IMG/VR virus record: IMGVR_UViG_3300034170_000057
Strand: one strand, 5' to 3'
DNA from: a virus
Lineage: Duplodnaviria > Caudoviricetes
DNA: 64,000 nt
Position numbers and translations under genes: made by a program. The notes beneath the pieces are model-generated. The model was not told the DNA's origin. It ran no database searches and saw nothing but the letters and a program-made list of their open reading frames with translations. How positions within the stretch are numbered: the stretch's first letter is position 1; each line of letters opens with the position of its first letter. Below, piece after piece: positions 27,749 to 36,445 of the stretch.

Positions 27749-28734
27749 ATTTCGATACGTTTATTTTGAAGTGTCAGGAAATTATTCACGGCGAATTTGA
27801 GGTGCTTCGAACCGGTGATCGCTACGTCGAAACCGATCATGGCAAGCTGCGAATTGTGAAAGGTATCTACGAGCCGGAAGCCGTGGACTCTGTTGAGTAC
27901 AAAGCTATCGGTATCGACGTAAAGTTTATGCCTTACCGTGATTACGAAGGCAACTACAATTTCGAAAGCATTATTCAGCAGCTGACCTATCTGGAAGCCA
28001 CACGCTGGATGGCACGCCATCGCGAAATCGACGCAATCGAAATGCACATTCGCGAACTGGAAAAGATTCGTAAGGCGCCAGTAACGTACATACGCAAATT
28101 CGGATTGCATCCAACTGTGGAAGTAGTTTTGGATGGCACCGTAGACCTGTGCCTTTTCACCATTAACGGGCGCGGCATTAGATACATGCCATCGCGTGTA
28201 GCCATGGGTGCTGCTACGCACAAGGCCGGTCATGTAACCCTCACGCAATCTGTTTCCGAAATCAAAGCCGTTCCAATCACCGGCTACGAAAAGATTATGG
28301 AGCGCCGTTGCAGTAGTCGCTGCATGGATTTGTTTATCAGCGAAAACGTTTTGTACGTGCCGCCTGAAAATGAAGACGATAACTTCGGCCATATTCAGGT
28401 AGGTAATCCACGTTGCGATATTATGCGCGTAGAGCCAGTCGTGATGGGCAACAAAATCGTGGAGTTCCTGCGAGGCTGTACTGTGCTGGAAGGGTTGGAA
28501 ATTACGGTTGCATATTTCGATTTCCAACGTCGCAAAACTAATCCGTGCGTGGGCCATGTACAAAGCGCTGAATTCCGTTTGAGTTCCACGACGAATGCTC
28601 TGTTCGCCGTATGGTTCTGCCTGTTGGATAACGCGCATCTGACCCTGACCTGTGGCGAGGACGAAACTAGCACACTCGCGGGCAAGCTGATCACTGCGTA
28701 TCTTGAGCCCATCCAACTAGGCTTGGATGTGTAA
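27745..28734 (+). CDS. Hypothetical protein (329 aa)
   Basis: Long ORF with coupling. Confidence 0.85.
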   Translation: MNFDTFILKCQEIIHGEFEVLRTGDRYVETDHGKLRIVKGIYEPEAVDSVEYKAIGIDVKFMPYRDYEGNYNFESIIQQLTYLEATRWMARHREIDAIEMHIRELEKIRKAPVTYIRKFGLHPTVEVVLDGTVDLCLFTINGRGIRYMPSRVAMGAATHKAGHVTLTQSVSEIKAVPITGYEKIMERRCSSRCMDLFISENVLYVPPENEDDNFGHIQVGNPRCDIMRVEPVVMGNKIVEFLRGCTVLEGLEITVAYFDFQRRKTNPCVGHVQSAEFRLSSTTNALFAVWFCLLDNAHLTLTCGEDETSTLAGKLITAYLEPIQLGLDV

Positions 28735-28741
28735 GGCAATA

Positions 28742-28751
28742 CTGTAAATAT
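28742..28751 (+). promoter_or_regulatory. CTGTAAATAT putative phage promoter with unstructured A/C-rich leader
   Basis: Intergenic; SD AAGGA before ATG 28806. Confidence 0.55.
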
Positions 28752-28805
28752 ATAAGACCGAGCAACACCGCCACTCAACTGCAACACCACCTAAAGGAAT
28801 ACCCA

Positions 28806-29765
28806 ATGCTCTCTTTGCATGACCAATTACGTGCAATCGTAACCCAAGCATTTCCGGCTGGCATTCCGCTGGCAAAGAAGACCTACGCCACGGTCGCAAG
28901 CGGGGGCTATGATCACCCGCCTACGGCCAGTGAAGTGTACGAAGTTTATAACCGTTGCACCGATAAATATTTCGAGCTGACTATCAGCCTGAATATCGAC
29001 GACGAACTGAAAATCGACTGTGCGATTCCAGCGGGCGATGATTACGACAAAAACGAATTGTTGATCATTTCGCAGCGCCTGCATGCAGCGAAAGAAAAGC
29101 CGGAAGATCCGGAAATCACAATCAACCTGCACAAGTTCTTGAACGGTCTGGCCCAAGCCATCGGTTCGCAAAAAGGTTTTGGCGAAAAAGCACCGAATGA
29201 CAAACGCCCGTACTTCACCTACATGGCTTATGGTCCGGGCGGTCGCGTCATGCTTACCTGTGACCTGAAAGACTACGTGTTTCGCGTCAATTTCCGCAGC
29301 GGCCCGTCGAAGCGTGATGATCGTATCAACATGGTCGATTTTGAACACGCTGCAAACTACACCAACACCATCGAAAAAGCCGCAGGCATTTCCAAAGTCT
29401 GGCACCGTGGCGCGGTAGAAATTGTGCAGGATTATCTGAATCTTTTGCCGGTTCGTTCTTTCCGTCTGCCGGTGCAAGAGCGTCCGTCGTATCAGTACGA
29501 TTTCCCCTACTGCGATATCGTGTCGAAAGAATTTCCGGACGTGTGTCTGCTGCGCGTTACCCACGAAGGTTTCAAAATGTGGCGTGATGGTTCCTACGTC
29601 ACCGTGACCGACGTTAGCCAACTGGAAACGGCGCCGGTTCTTCAGGAAATCGAAGGCTTCCCACAAGCGATGTGGCGCCTCGGTTCCGGCATTCTCTACA
29701 CCACCGGTAGCTTTTCCAAAACTACACCGGGTAAATTGAAATTCACGCCGTCTTCACGCGGGTAA
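28806..29765 (+). CDS. Hypothetical protein (319 aa)
   Basis: SD AAGGA; long ORF. Confidence 0.85.
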   Translation: MLSLHDQLRAIVTQAFPAGIPLAKKTYATVASGGYDHPPTASEVYEVYNRCTDKYFELTISLNIDDELKIDCAIPAGDDYDKNELLIISQRLHAAKEKPEDPEITINLHKFLNGLAQAIGSQKGFGEKAPNDKRPYFTYMAYGPGGRVMLTCDLKDYVFRVNFRSGPSKRDDRINMVDFEHAANYTNTIEKAAGISKVWHRGAVEIVQDYLNLLPVRSFRLPVQERPSYQYDFPYCDIVSKEFPDVCLLRVTHEGFKMWRDGSYVTVTDVSQLETAPVLQEIEGFPQAMWRLGSGILYTTGSFSKTTPGKLKFTPSSRG

Positions 29766-29771
29766 CTGCAA

Positions 29772-30497
29772 ATGGAACTCCAAGAATTTATTGTGGCTGT
29801 TGAAAATCTCTTAGGCGTTAAACACGTCGAAGAAGATCAGCTGAATTTGACGATTGCTTCCGAACGTATTTCGGTAGGAATCCAAAAGCATTTCTTGGGT
29901 GGGCAGGATATTTGGTTAAGCTATCCGGGTTCAGAACATTTCCAACCGGCTAACGAGAATCTGGCGGACGCGTTCCGTCGGGTTCAACAAGCATTCGACC
30001 GCACCAACGCCGATTGGTATCTCTACGAAGCAATCGTGGAAAAGGCGTTAAAATCATTTCAAGGCTGGGTAAAACTGCCACTCGAATACACCGCAGAAAT
30101 CCGTGATCATTTTCCGGGTTATTCCGCGCGTATTCCGGGCCTTGGTGTGGAAATTTTCTACATCACGTGCAGTGAGGAAGGTGACGCTTTGGTTAACCGG
30201 CGTGCGCTGAAGATGGTGATGCACAGCAAGAAAGCGAAAGCCGGTATGTATGCCATCGAATGTCGCGAAGTGGATAACAAACTTTTCCTGCAAACTCACA
30301 ACGGGCGCAAGACTGCTTTGTTCGAAGCTGCGTGCTGCGAAAGCGTGAAGGTTCACATGCGTCAATTCGAAATCATGCCTGACATTTTAGGCCACCATTG
30401 CACGGATGGTGATATGCAGGAAATGCCGGATATCGAAATTTACAACCAGCTGACTCAACGTCGGGAATACACATTCTTCGAATTGGAGGTTATGTGA
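29772..30497 (+). CDS. Hypothetical protein (241 aa)
   Basis: Long ORF in operon. Confidence 0.8.
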   Translation: MELQEFIVAVENLLGVKHVEEDQLNLTIASERISVGIQKHFLGGQDIWLSYPGSEHFQPANENLADAFRRVQQAFDRTNADWYLYEAIVEKALKSFQGWVKLPLEYTAEIRDHFPGYSARIPGLGVEIFYITCSEEGDALVNRRALKMVMHSKKAKAGMYAIECREVDNKLFLQTHNGRKTALFEAACCESVKVHMRQFEIMPDILGHHCTDGDMQEMPDIEIYNQLTQRREYTFFELEVM

Positions 30498-31099
30498 TGG
30501 ATAACAAAAAGCTGAAAGAAATGGTGGCCGCATGGTGTAAGGCGACGGCCAAGGATTTGCCACAACGCACGGCGCCGGGAAACCGCGCTGTGACGTGGGA
30601 AGCCAACGTACCCGCATGGTGGAGCCACTGGAACGGCGTTCGCTGTATCGGCCTCACTGTACGCGGTTACGTGAACCACTGGGCAGGCACAATCCGCCTG
30701 AATCTGATCATCACGGACAACGGCGAATACGTGGTTACGTCGAAGCCCGGTGACTACGGTTATCTGCGTGACGAAGCAGTCGAGGCATTCCGTGCGAAAA
30801 TCCCGGTCACGGCTGACCCGCTGATTACGCATCTGGAGCGCTGGAAACAGGCGATGATTGCCGATATCCAAAAGCTGGAATTTTCCGACGTGCAATTTGT
30901 ACAGGACGAAGGCAAAGAACCGAAAGCGTTCTTCACCATTAGCCATCCGGAAATTCCAAGACTGGGGGCTACGGTTGACCTCGATAACGATTCTTTCGCT
31001 ATCAAGTTCGCACCCCGTTGTGCTGCGCTGCCTATTTCGAAAATGTTGGCCGATACGCTGCGCCGGGTAGAACGTGCGGCAATTTGTATCGAGGAATAA
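30494..31099 (+). CDS. Hypothetical protein (about 200 aa)
   Basis: SD GGAGG; GTGA coupling. Confidence 0.8.
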   Translation: MMDNKKLKEMVAAWCKATAKDLPQRTAPGNRAVTWEANVPAWWSHWNGVRCIGLTVRGYVNHWAGTIRLNLIITDNGEYVVTSKPGDYGYLRDEAVEAFRAKIPVTADPLITHLERWKQAMIADIQKLEFSDVQFVQDEGKEPKAFFTISHPEIPRLGATVDLDNDSFAIKFAPRCAALPISKMLADTLRRVERAAICIEE

Positions 31100-31429
31100 A
31101 TGGCTGGTTTGTTTGGATCAACCGGCACGGTGATTGTAGGGCGGGTTAATGATCCGCCTCGTTCCGGTTACACTGATATCCGAGTGGATCGCAAAACGAT
31201 ATTCGGGAACAAATACCCGATTAGCGAAACCGGATCACGAAAGAAAAGCTGTTCGCTTTATGATGCATATGCCGAGCGGCGCATGCGGAAGAAAGGAAAA
31301 TACTGGAAGCGAATTATGGAATTACGCACCCGGCATTTGAACGGCGAAAACCTACGACTGACTTGCCACTGCTGGCCCAAACAATGCCACGCGCAGACAG
31401 TCCGACGAATGATTATGAGGGCCGACTAA
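31100..31429 (+). CDS. DUF4326 family protein
   Basis: IRVDRKTIFGNKY...R...C..Y..Y...L.LTCHCWPKQCHA. Confidence 0.8.
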   Translation: MAGLFGSTGTVIVGRVNDPPRSGYTDIRVDRKTIFGNKYPISETGSRKKSCSLYDAYAERRMRKKGKYWKRIMELRTRHLNGENLRLTCHCWPKQCHAQTVRRMIMRAD

Positions 31430-31998
31430 TGTCGAAGAATCTTGAGTGGCACCAGCTGTCCGAAGCAGGGCTGTATTGGAAAGTTTTCAAAAGCGATACG
31501 CAGATTTATTCCGTGGTCGAATACGAAGAGGGAACAATCGGCTGTGTCGGTTCGGAAACTTACGAGGATTTGACGGTCAACAATTTCAACGATGATTATT
31601 TCTTCGTGCCCGTTGACGTTCCTAGTTTCCAGTGGCCGGTGCCAGAAGTTGTAGTCGAGGAATTCGACGCCGAGGCGCATTGCAAAACGTTGACCGAAGT
31701 TATCGAAGCGTCCGGCATTCTGAGAAGCCTTGGTTTTTCTAGGCATATTCCTGCGCAGGAAAATGACCGCGTTCCCGGCTTCCCGTTGATCGGTGGGCGC
31801 CACGTGAATTGCATGCTGGAAGTTGTCACGAGCTTGGCGGGCGAAGGCGCGTTGATTGTGCGTCTGGATGGAAATGGCGGTTGGCGTTTCCAGTGGGTTG
31901 GCATTCGCTACCACGATTCAGACACGGCGGATTTCCGCTGGACCGTAGAGCGCATGATTTTGCGGGCGGCACAAAAACGTTTGAAGGCCAGCGCATGA
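31429..31998 (+). CDS. Hypothetical protein with G.YW N-terminal module
   Basis: TAATG coupling at 31429; WHQLSEAGLYWKV. Confidence 0.75.
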   Translation: MSKNLEWHQLSEAGLYWKVFKSDTQIYSVVEYEEGTIGCVGSETYEDLTVNNFNDDYFFVPVDVPSFQWPVPEVVVEEFDAEAHCKTLTEVIEASGILRSLGFSRHIPAQENDRVPGFPLIGGRHVNCMLEVVTSLAGEGALIVRLDGNGGWRFQWVGIRYHDSDTADFRWTVERMILRAAQKRLKASA

Positions 31999-32249
31999 GC
32001 CCGTTTATTACGGACTGGCGCCAACTTGAGGTCGGTGTGCCTTACTGGATGATCGACCGGGCTGATCCGGATGATCGAAACATTATTGAAATAACGGTGC
32101 GCCACAAGTTCGACGATGATCACTACACGTGCATTCAAATGTACGATAGTGTGCCGTGGCGCTTTCGTGAAAATACGCACGTATTTGTGGCAGTTGATTT
32201 GCCGCCAAAGATTCCAAAAGAACTCGAATATTTTAAGGGGGAAGAGTAA
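31995..32249 (+). CDS. Hypothetical protein consisting of G.YW module
   Basis: ATGA coupling; WRQLEVGVPYWMI. Confidence 0.7.
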   Translation: MSPFITDWRQLEVGVPYWMIDRADPDDRNIIEITVRHKFDDDHYTCIQMYDSVPWRFRENTHVFVAVDLPPKIPKELEYFKGEE

Positions 32250-32602
32250 TGCTGCATTCTGAACTGCGCGTAAAGCTGGATAAGATTATTGAGGTGGCGC
32301 ACGCATCTATGCCCGTCGCATACATCGCAAATGCGGTTTCCTACGCTAGCGAGGGTGTGATCGGTGTAGGTTACTTGATTACACTGTCGAAATGCCCACA
32401 CGATGTTTTGGCGAACGTGCGCCTGTGGGAAAACGAAAAGTTCGAAGTTACCAGTCCGGCCAGTCCGGGCCTGTTGGGTGAGTATGTAGCCCGCGTGCAA
32501 ACCGTGATGAAAGCTGCGCACCATTTGGTTTGTGGTGGCGAGGCAAAAGCGGTGGAATTCAAGGGCGACGGGACCGGCTTGAAATTGTTGGAGGGACAAT
32601 GA
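32249..32602 (+). CDS. Hypothetical protein (117 aa)
   Basis: TAATG coupling, SD GGGGAAG. Confidence 0.7.
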   Translation: MLHSELRVKLDKIIEVAHASMPVAYIANAVSYASEGVIGVGYLITLSKCPHDVLANVRLWENEKFEVTSPASPGLLGEYVARVQTVMKAAHHLVCGGEAKAVEFKGDGTGLKLLEGQ

Positions 32603-33276
32603 AAGTATTGAACTGGTGGGAAGTAAAACAGGCCGGTTATTACTGGGCAATTTCTACGGAAAACGAAGATAATTACGCCGCCTGTGACATTATTCAGGTC
32701 AACTCTGAAGGGGATGTAAGCTGCTGCGGAGTCGAGAATGAGTTTAAGTTGAATGAGGAACAACACTTCGACTACAAATTCATCAAACTGGAAGCCCCTG
32801 TGATTCCGGCGCCCCCTGTATACCAAGAGGGGTTTTTGAATCACGGACGCAACAACGGCGATTCGAAATTTCCACGCAAGGTCGAAGGCTACTGGCGTTC
32901 GCGTGAAACCCTGATCGAGCATGTAGGCCCCGGTCGCCACACCGCAAATTTCACCGACAAACAAAATGCAGATTTGCCGTGGCCGTACATTTGGCAAATC
33001 TGGCAATTTCCCAAACAGGCGTTTATCAATCGTCTGGCGGATATTGAAGACTTGGCCGAAAAGCATCTGTACCGTGGTATCAGCATGTGCCGCATTACGG
33101 GTGTAAGTCGCGGCAACGCGGAGTATGAATACAAAGGGTGGAAATGGCCCGCTGGCTTGATCGAATATGTTCGCATGGGTGTACCACCATCGCGGGCGTT
33201 CTATGTTTTCATCATGGGCGGAACGCAGGCTGAGTGCCAGTGGCTGCCAACCTATAACCGAGAAGAAGACGAATAA
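32599..33276 (+). CDS. Two-domain hypothetical protein (G.YW module + RG.S.CR...WP.GL domain)
   Basis: WWEVKQAGYYWAI; YRGISMCRITG...GNAEYEYKGWKWPAGLIEYV. Confidence 0.75.
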   Translation: MKVLNWWEVKQAGYYWAISTENEDNYAACDIIQVNSEGDVSCCGVENEFKLNEEQHFDYKFIKLEAPVIPAPPVYQEGFLNHGRNNGDSKFPRKVEGYWRSRETLIEHVGPGRHTANFTDKQNADLPWPYIWQIWQFPKQAFINRLADIEDLAEKHLYRGISMCRITGVSRGNAEYEYKGWKWPAGLIEYVRMGVPPSRAFYVFIMGGTQAECQWLPTYNREEDE

Positions 33277-33278
33277 AA

Positions 33279-34070
33279 ATGTCCATTTCTGAAGCAAGGC
33301 AGCAAAGCCTATTAGCAGGATGCAACAGTCTCGAATTAAAGGTTTTCGAGTTCGTTCCAATTCAGGAACCGTGGCCCGCCGAACAAATTAATCGGCATAT
33401 GCAGGCCGGTGGTAGATCCTCGACAGAGTATCGTCGGGTACGCGCCGCATTAGGCGGGTTAAAAGATCGTGGTCTAATCCGTGAAACAAAGCGCGATATT
33501 TTCCAGCGTGAACAAATCAAGATCCGTGAATTGCGGGATGCTGTGGCCGACGTTGTAACGCCGCCTAAGCTGGGTGATTTGATCGACATAAAAGCAATTC
33601 GTAGCATGGCTGTTCCGTATGTACCGCCCGCATCCCAGCGTGAAATTGCCGTTGAATTCGAAAAGGATTTCAACGCGACAATTGGCGGCGTGCTTTCCAA
33701 AGATGCACAGCGTCAAATGCATCTGGATAAATCTGCACCCGCTCCAATTACAGAAACAAAACCTGAGCCCGTTGTTAAGGAAGTTGTGACCATGAACGCC
33801 ATTGCCAAAACCGTACCAACCCAACAAACCGCCGCTGATATGGCACTCGAAGCAATTAGCGAAATCACGCAGGAACTGGACACAATCAACAGTGATTTCG
33901 ATGTGCAACTGGTCAAGTTGAACAATACATTCAACTCCCGCATGAACACCCTGCGTGAGCGTATGGAAGTGGTGGCGCTCGAAGTCGAAGAATTGCGCGA
34001 TCACGAAAACAAAGCGTTCGAAAAATTCCGTGCGTTCAAGGCACTCATGACTACCCTGAGCGACGATTGA
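33279..34070 (+). CDS. Winged-helix DNA-binding protein with C-terminal coiled coil
   Basis: KVFEFVPIQEPWPAEQINRHM...VRAALGGLKDRGLIRE; heptad C-term. Confidence 0.55.
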   Translation: MSISEARQQSLLAGCNSLELKVFEFVPIQEPWPAEQINRHMQAGGRSSTEYRRVRAALGGLKDRGLIRETKRDIFQREQIKIRELRDAVADVVTPPKLGDLIDIKAIRSMAVPYVPPASQREIAVEFEKDFNATIGGVLSKDAQRQMHLDKSAPAPITETKPEPVVKEVVTMNAIAKTVPTQQTAADMALEAISEITQELDTINSDFDVQLVKLNNTFNSRMNTLRERMEVVALEVEELRDHENKAFEKFRAFKALMTTLSDD

Positions 34071-34071
34071 T

Positions 34072-34329
34072 ATGGAAGATCCGTTCGGTCAACTCGAAGA
34101 CATGTCGCTGGAAATGCGCATTGGTTTTGAACTCGGTATGGTTTGGTGTGACATGCTGGGCGGTGGGCGCGGCCCGTGGATTGTGCGTGATGGTTATCGG
34201 GAAGTTTACGAAAAAGCCGTGAAGAACTTCAATTACAATCCAGTATTTGAATCCTACGACGATCAGGAAAACTGCCCGGTTCCATTGGTGGTAGTCAGTG
34301 CCGAGCGTATCGGCTTGAGGCTCGTATGA
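34072..34329 (+). CDS. Small hypothetical protein, tandem paralog of next ORF
   Basis: GFELGMVW motif. Confidence 0.7.
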   Translation: MEDPFGQLEDMSLEMRIGFELGMVWCDMLGGGRGPWIVRDGYREVYEKAVKNFNYNPVFESYDDQENCPVPLVVVSAERIGLRLV

Positions 34330-34583
34330 CAGAAGAACCGTCGTACAAATGCATCATCCCTTTTCCAAATCAAGATCCTGCTTTTTCGCACGGCATGGAA
34401 GTTGGAATGGTTTGGGAAAAGCTGGCCCATAAAACATACGAGCGTCAGGCAGTTCGTGTGGAAAACGTGGAAATTCTGCGGGCGGTTGTTGCACACTTCG
34501 GTTTCACTGCAAAATTCGAAGAGAGCGGCACCGAAGGTTGGTTGTGGCTGGACTTGGAGAAATTCCAACTGAGGAAGGTATGA
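34326..34583 (+). CDS. Small hypothetical protein, tandem paralog of previous ORF
   Basis: GMEVGMVW motif; ATGA coupling. Confidence 0.7.
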   Translation: MTEEPSYKCIIPFPNQDPAFSHGMEVGMVWEKLAHKTYERQAVRVENVEILRAVVAHFGFTAKFEESGTEGWLWLDLEKFQLRKV

Positions 34584-34900
34584 GCAAAGTTAAATTGCTG
34601 TTCCCGCGTGAAGGTGTGGTGGGGCGTCATTACTGGGTCGTTTCGAAAGAAGACGATTTAATTGACGAACCTTTCACAGTCATGGCTTCCGAATCAGCGT
34701 CAGAATCAGGCCTGCGTTATACCCGACGTGAAGGTGCGTTCACTTCGATTTTTATTCCTGAGAAAATGCAGGATTGCATGCTGGTCGAAATCGAAGTTCC
34801 GGAGCGTGACGTAGTGCTGAAGGAATTGCGCAAACGGCGCATTATCAAGAAAGTAAAACCCAAAAAGGAGGAATCACCAAGTGGCCTTAATTTTATCTAA
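34580..34900 (+). CDS. Hypothetical protein with G..YW module and basic tail
   Basis: ATGA coupling at 34580; VVGRHYWVV. Confidence 0.7.
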   Translation: MSKVKLLFPREGVVGRHYWVVSKEDDLIDEPFTVMASESASESGLRYTRREGAFTSIFIPEKMQDCMLVEIEVPERDVVLKELRKRRIIKKVKPKKEESPSGLNFI

Positions 34901-35456
34901 GGAGCAACTGCAAAGACTGCTGAAGGAAGACGGAATTCTTCAGTTGTATCCGAGCCATACGGAAGAGGGCATACCGCGTTATACGCATGCGTGTGTAGGC
35001 GCACCATTCGCCCGCATTCATGTTGGGCAGGATGGCAAAAGCGGTGATTCCGAATACGGTAGCCATGTGCTGCCGGAAGTTCGAATCGCCCCGTACATCA
35101 AAAAGATCGACGCGCTTGAGCCAGTTGATTTTTACCCGTCGTATTTCTATTCGACCATCGACCACATGATGTTCGGAAAACTCGACCGGTTCTATATGTC
35201 GCTGCTGAAAGCAATTCACCGGCATGTAATTAGCTACGGTGGAACACCCTGTAATCAGTTTCTGGTTGCAGGTGAAGGCACCGACGCCAAAATTGATCAA
35301 ATCTTTTATCAGGATTTGGTAGACGGTCACATTTCCATCGTCGCGGATCTTGTACAGCAAACCGGTTTCAATACCGACAAGCTGAAAACGTACATGGCGG
35401 CGCACAACCTTAACACCCGTTCCCTGTTCGACATGCTGCGTACCAAGTGGACGTAA
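34881..35456 (+). CDS. Hypothetical protein (191 aa), last gene of + block
   Basis: SD AGGAGG, GTG start. Confidence 0.75.
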   Translation: MALILSKEQLQRLLKEDGILQLYPSHTEEGIPRYTHACVGAPFARIHVGQDGKSGDSEYGSHVLPEVRIAPYIKKIDALEPVDFYPSYFYSTIDHMMFGKLDRFYMSLLKAIHRHVISYGGTPCNQFLVAGEGTDAKIDQIFYQDLVDGHISIVADLVQQTGFNTDKLKTYMAAHNLNTRSLFDMLRTKWT

Positions 35457-35469
35457 TGCTGTAGAAACG

Positions 35470-35514
35470 AAAAAGCCCCCGAATCCAATTAAGGAAACGG
35501 GGGCTTTTTTTTTT
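35470..35514. terminator. Bidirectional intrinsic terminator between convergent blocks
   Basis: AAAAAGCCCCC-loop-GGGGGCTTTTTTTTTT. Confidence 0.85.
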
Positions 35515-35522
35515 GGTTCGAA

Positions 35523-35960
35523 TTAACCGAGTGCTACATCGCGCTCTGTTCCAGCGTAGTGCGTTTCGAAGTACACGCGGGGCAGCATGGCAGTGGGCTC
35601 GCACAGGCGCTCGAAGAACTTCACGATGCCGGGGCTTGGCTCACTGTACAGCAGCACCTTACCCGGCTCTACAAGCACCGTAGCTTCGACGAACGCCACA
35701 AGGTCATAGGCGGATGCGCGGAGGTGCTGCGCGGTCGCCTCACGGGCCATTACAGGCAAGTGGTCGATGGTGTGGCCGCCGACGCTGTACAGGTCGCCGC
35801 CTTCCATGAAATCCTGTATCTGGCCGCCAGTGCCCACCAACAGAATACGTTGGCGCATTTCAGCGCACACCTTGACCATTTGTTGCAGAGCGAATGTCTT
35901 ACCGGCGCGTTGTGGCCCCATGAAAAACATCGTGCGTTTTGGAATGATTAATTCGAACAT
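35523..35960 (-). CDS. Stand-alone miniature P-loop NTPase domain (RecD/AAA_30-like)
   Basis: FFMGPQRAGKT Walker A; RILLVGT; GHTIDHL; DLVAFVEA (Walker B DE changed to VE); only 145 aa. Confidence 0.6.
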   Translation of the reverse strand: MFELIIPKRTMFFMGPQRAGKTFALQQMVKVCAEMRQRILLVGTGGQIQDFMEGGDLYSVGGHTIDHLPVMAREATAQHLRASAYDLVAFVEATVLVEPGKVLLYSEPSPGIVKFFERLCEPTAMLPRVYFETHYAGTERDVALG

Positions 35961-35989
35961 TTATGTTTCCTCTTATGCGGGAAGTTTGA

Positions 35990-36433
35990 TTAGGAAAGTA
36001 CGATCTTGCGGTTGCCATTTTCCACATACGAAACGTGAATGTAACCGTCGCGCATTTGCAGAATATCGAACGTCTGCGTTTGCAGCCAGTCGAAAATGGA
36101 TTGTGCGTCGTTGGAAATCAGCGAGACAGCCGATCCCAAAACGTGCTGCTTGTCGTTGAGATATTTGATCCAGCTGGCATCATTGAACGGGAGACCCTGC
36201 GCACGAATCCAATCATAAAAACTGGCCTTGGTATATTCACGCTCAAGCACCGGGCTGCGATACCAACTCACAAGTCGGAAATCGAATTTCTTCAGCATCG
36301 GTTCCAAAAGGTTTTCCGCTACTTTCCCCGCTGCGTGCAGCGCATCACGTGGCGGCGTGTTGTCGATACGGTTTTTAATTGCAACCAAATCGAAGCCTAC
36401 ATCAAGGTCGGTATAATTTTCACTGATTCGCAT
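35990..36433 (-). CDS. Peptidase M15-family (M15_3-like) cell-wall hydrolase homolog, Zn-ligand Asp apparently replaced
   Basis: LLEPM...SWYRSP, QHVLGSAVS (family QH..G.A.D), FD.L...GYIHVSY. Confidence 0.7.
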   Translation of the reverse strand: MRISENYTDLDVGFDLVAIKNRIDNTPPRDALHAAGKVAENLLEPMLKKFDFRLVSWYRSPVLEREYTKASFYDWIRAQGLPFNDASWIKYLNDKQHVLGSAVSLISNDAQSIFDWLQTQTFDILQMRDGYIHVSYVENGNRKIVLS

Positions 36434-36445
36434 TTGTTGCCCCCG

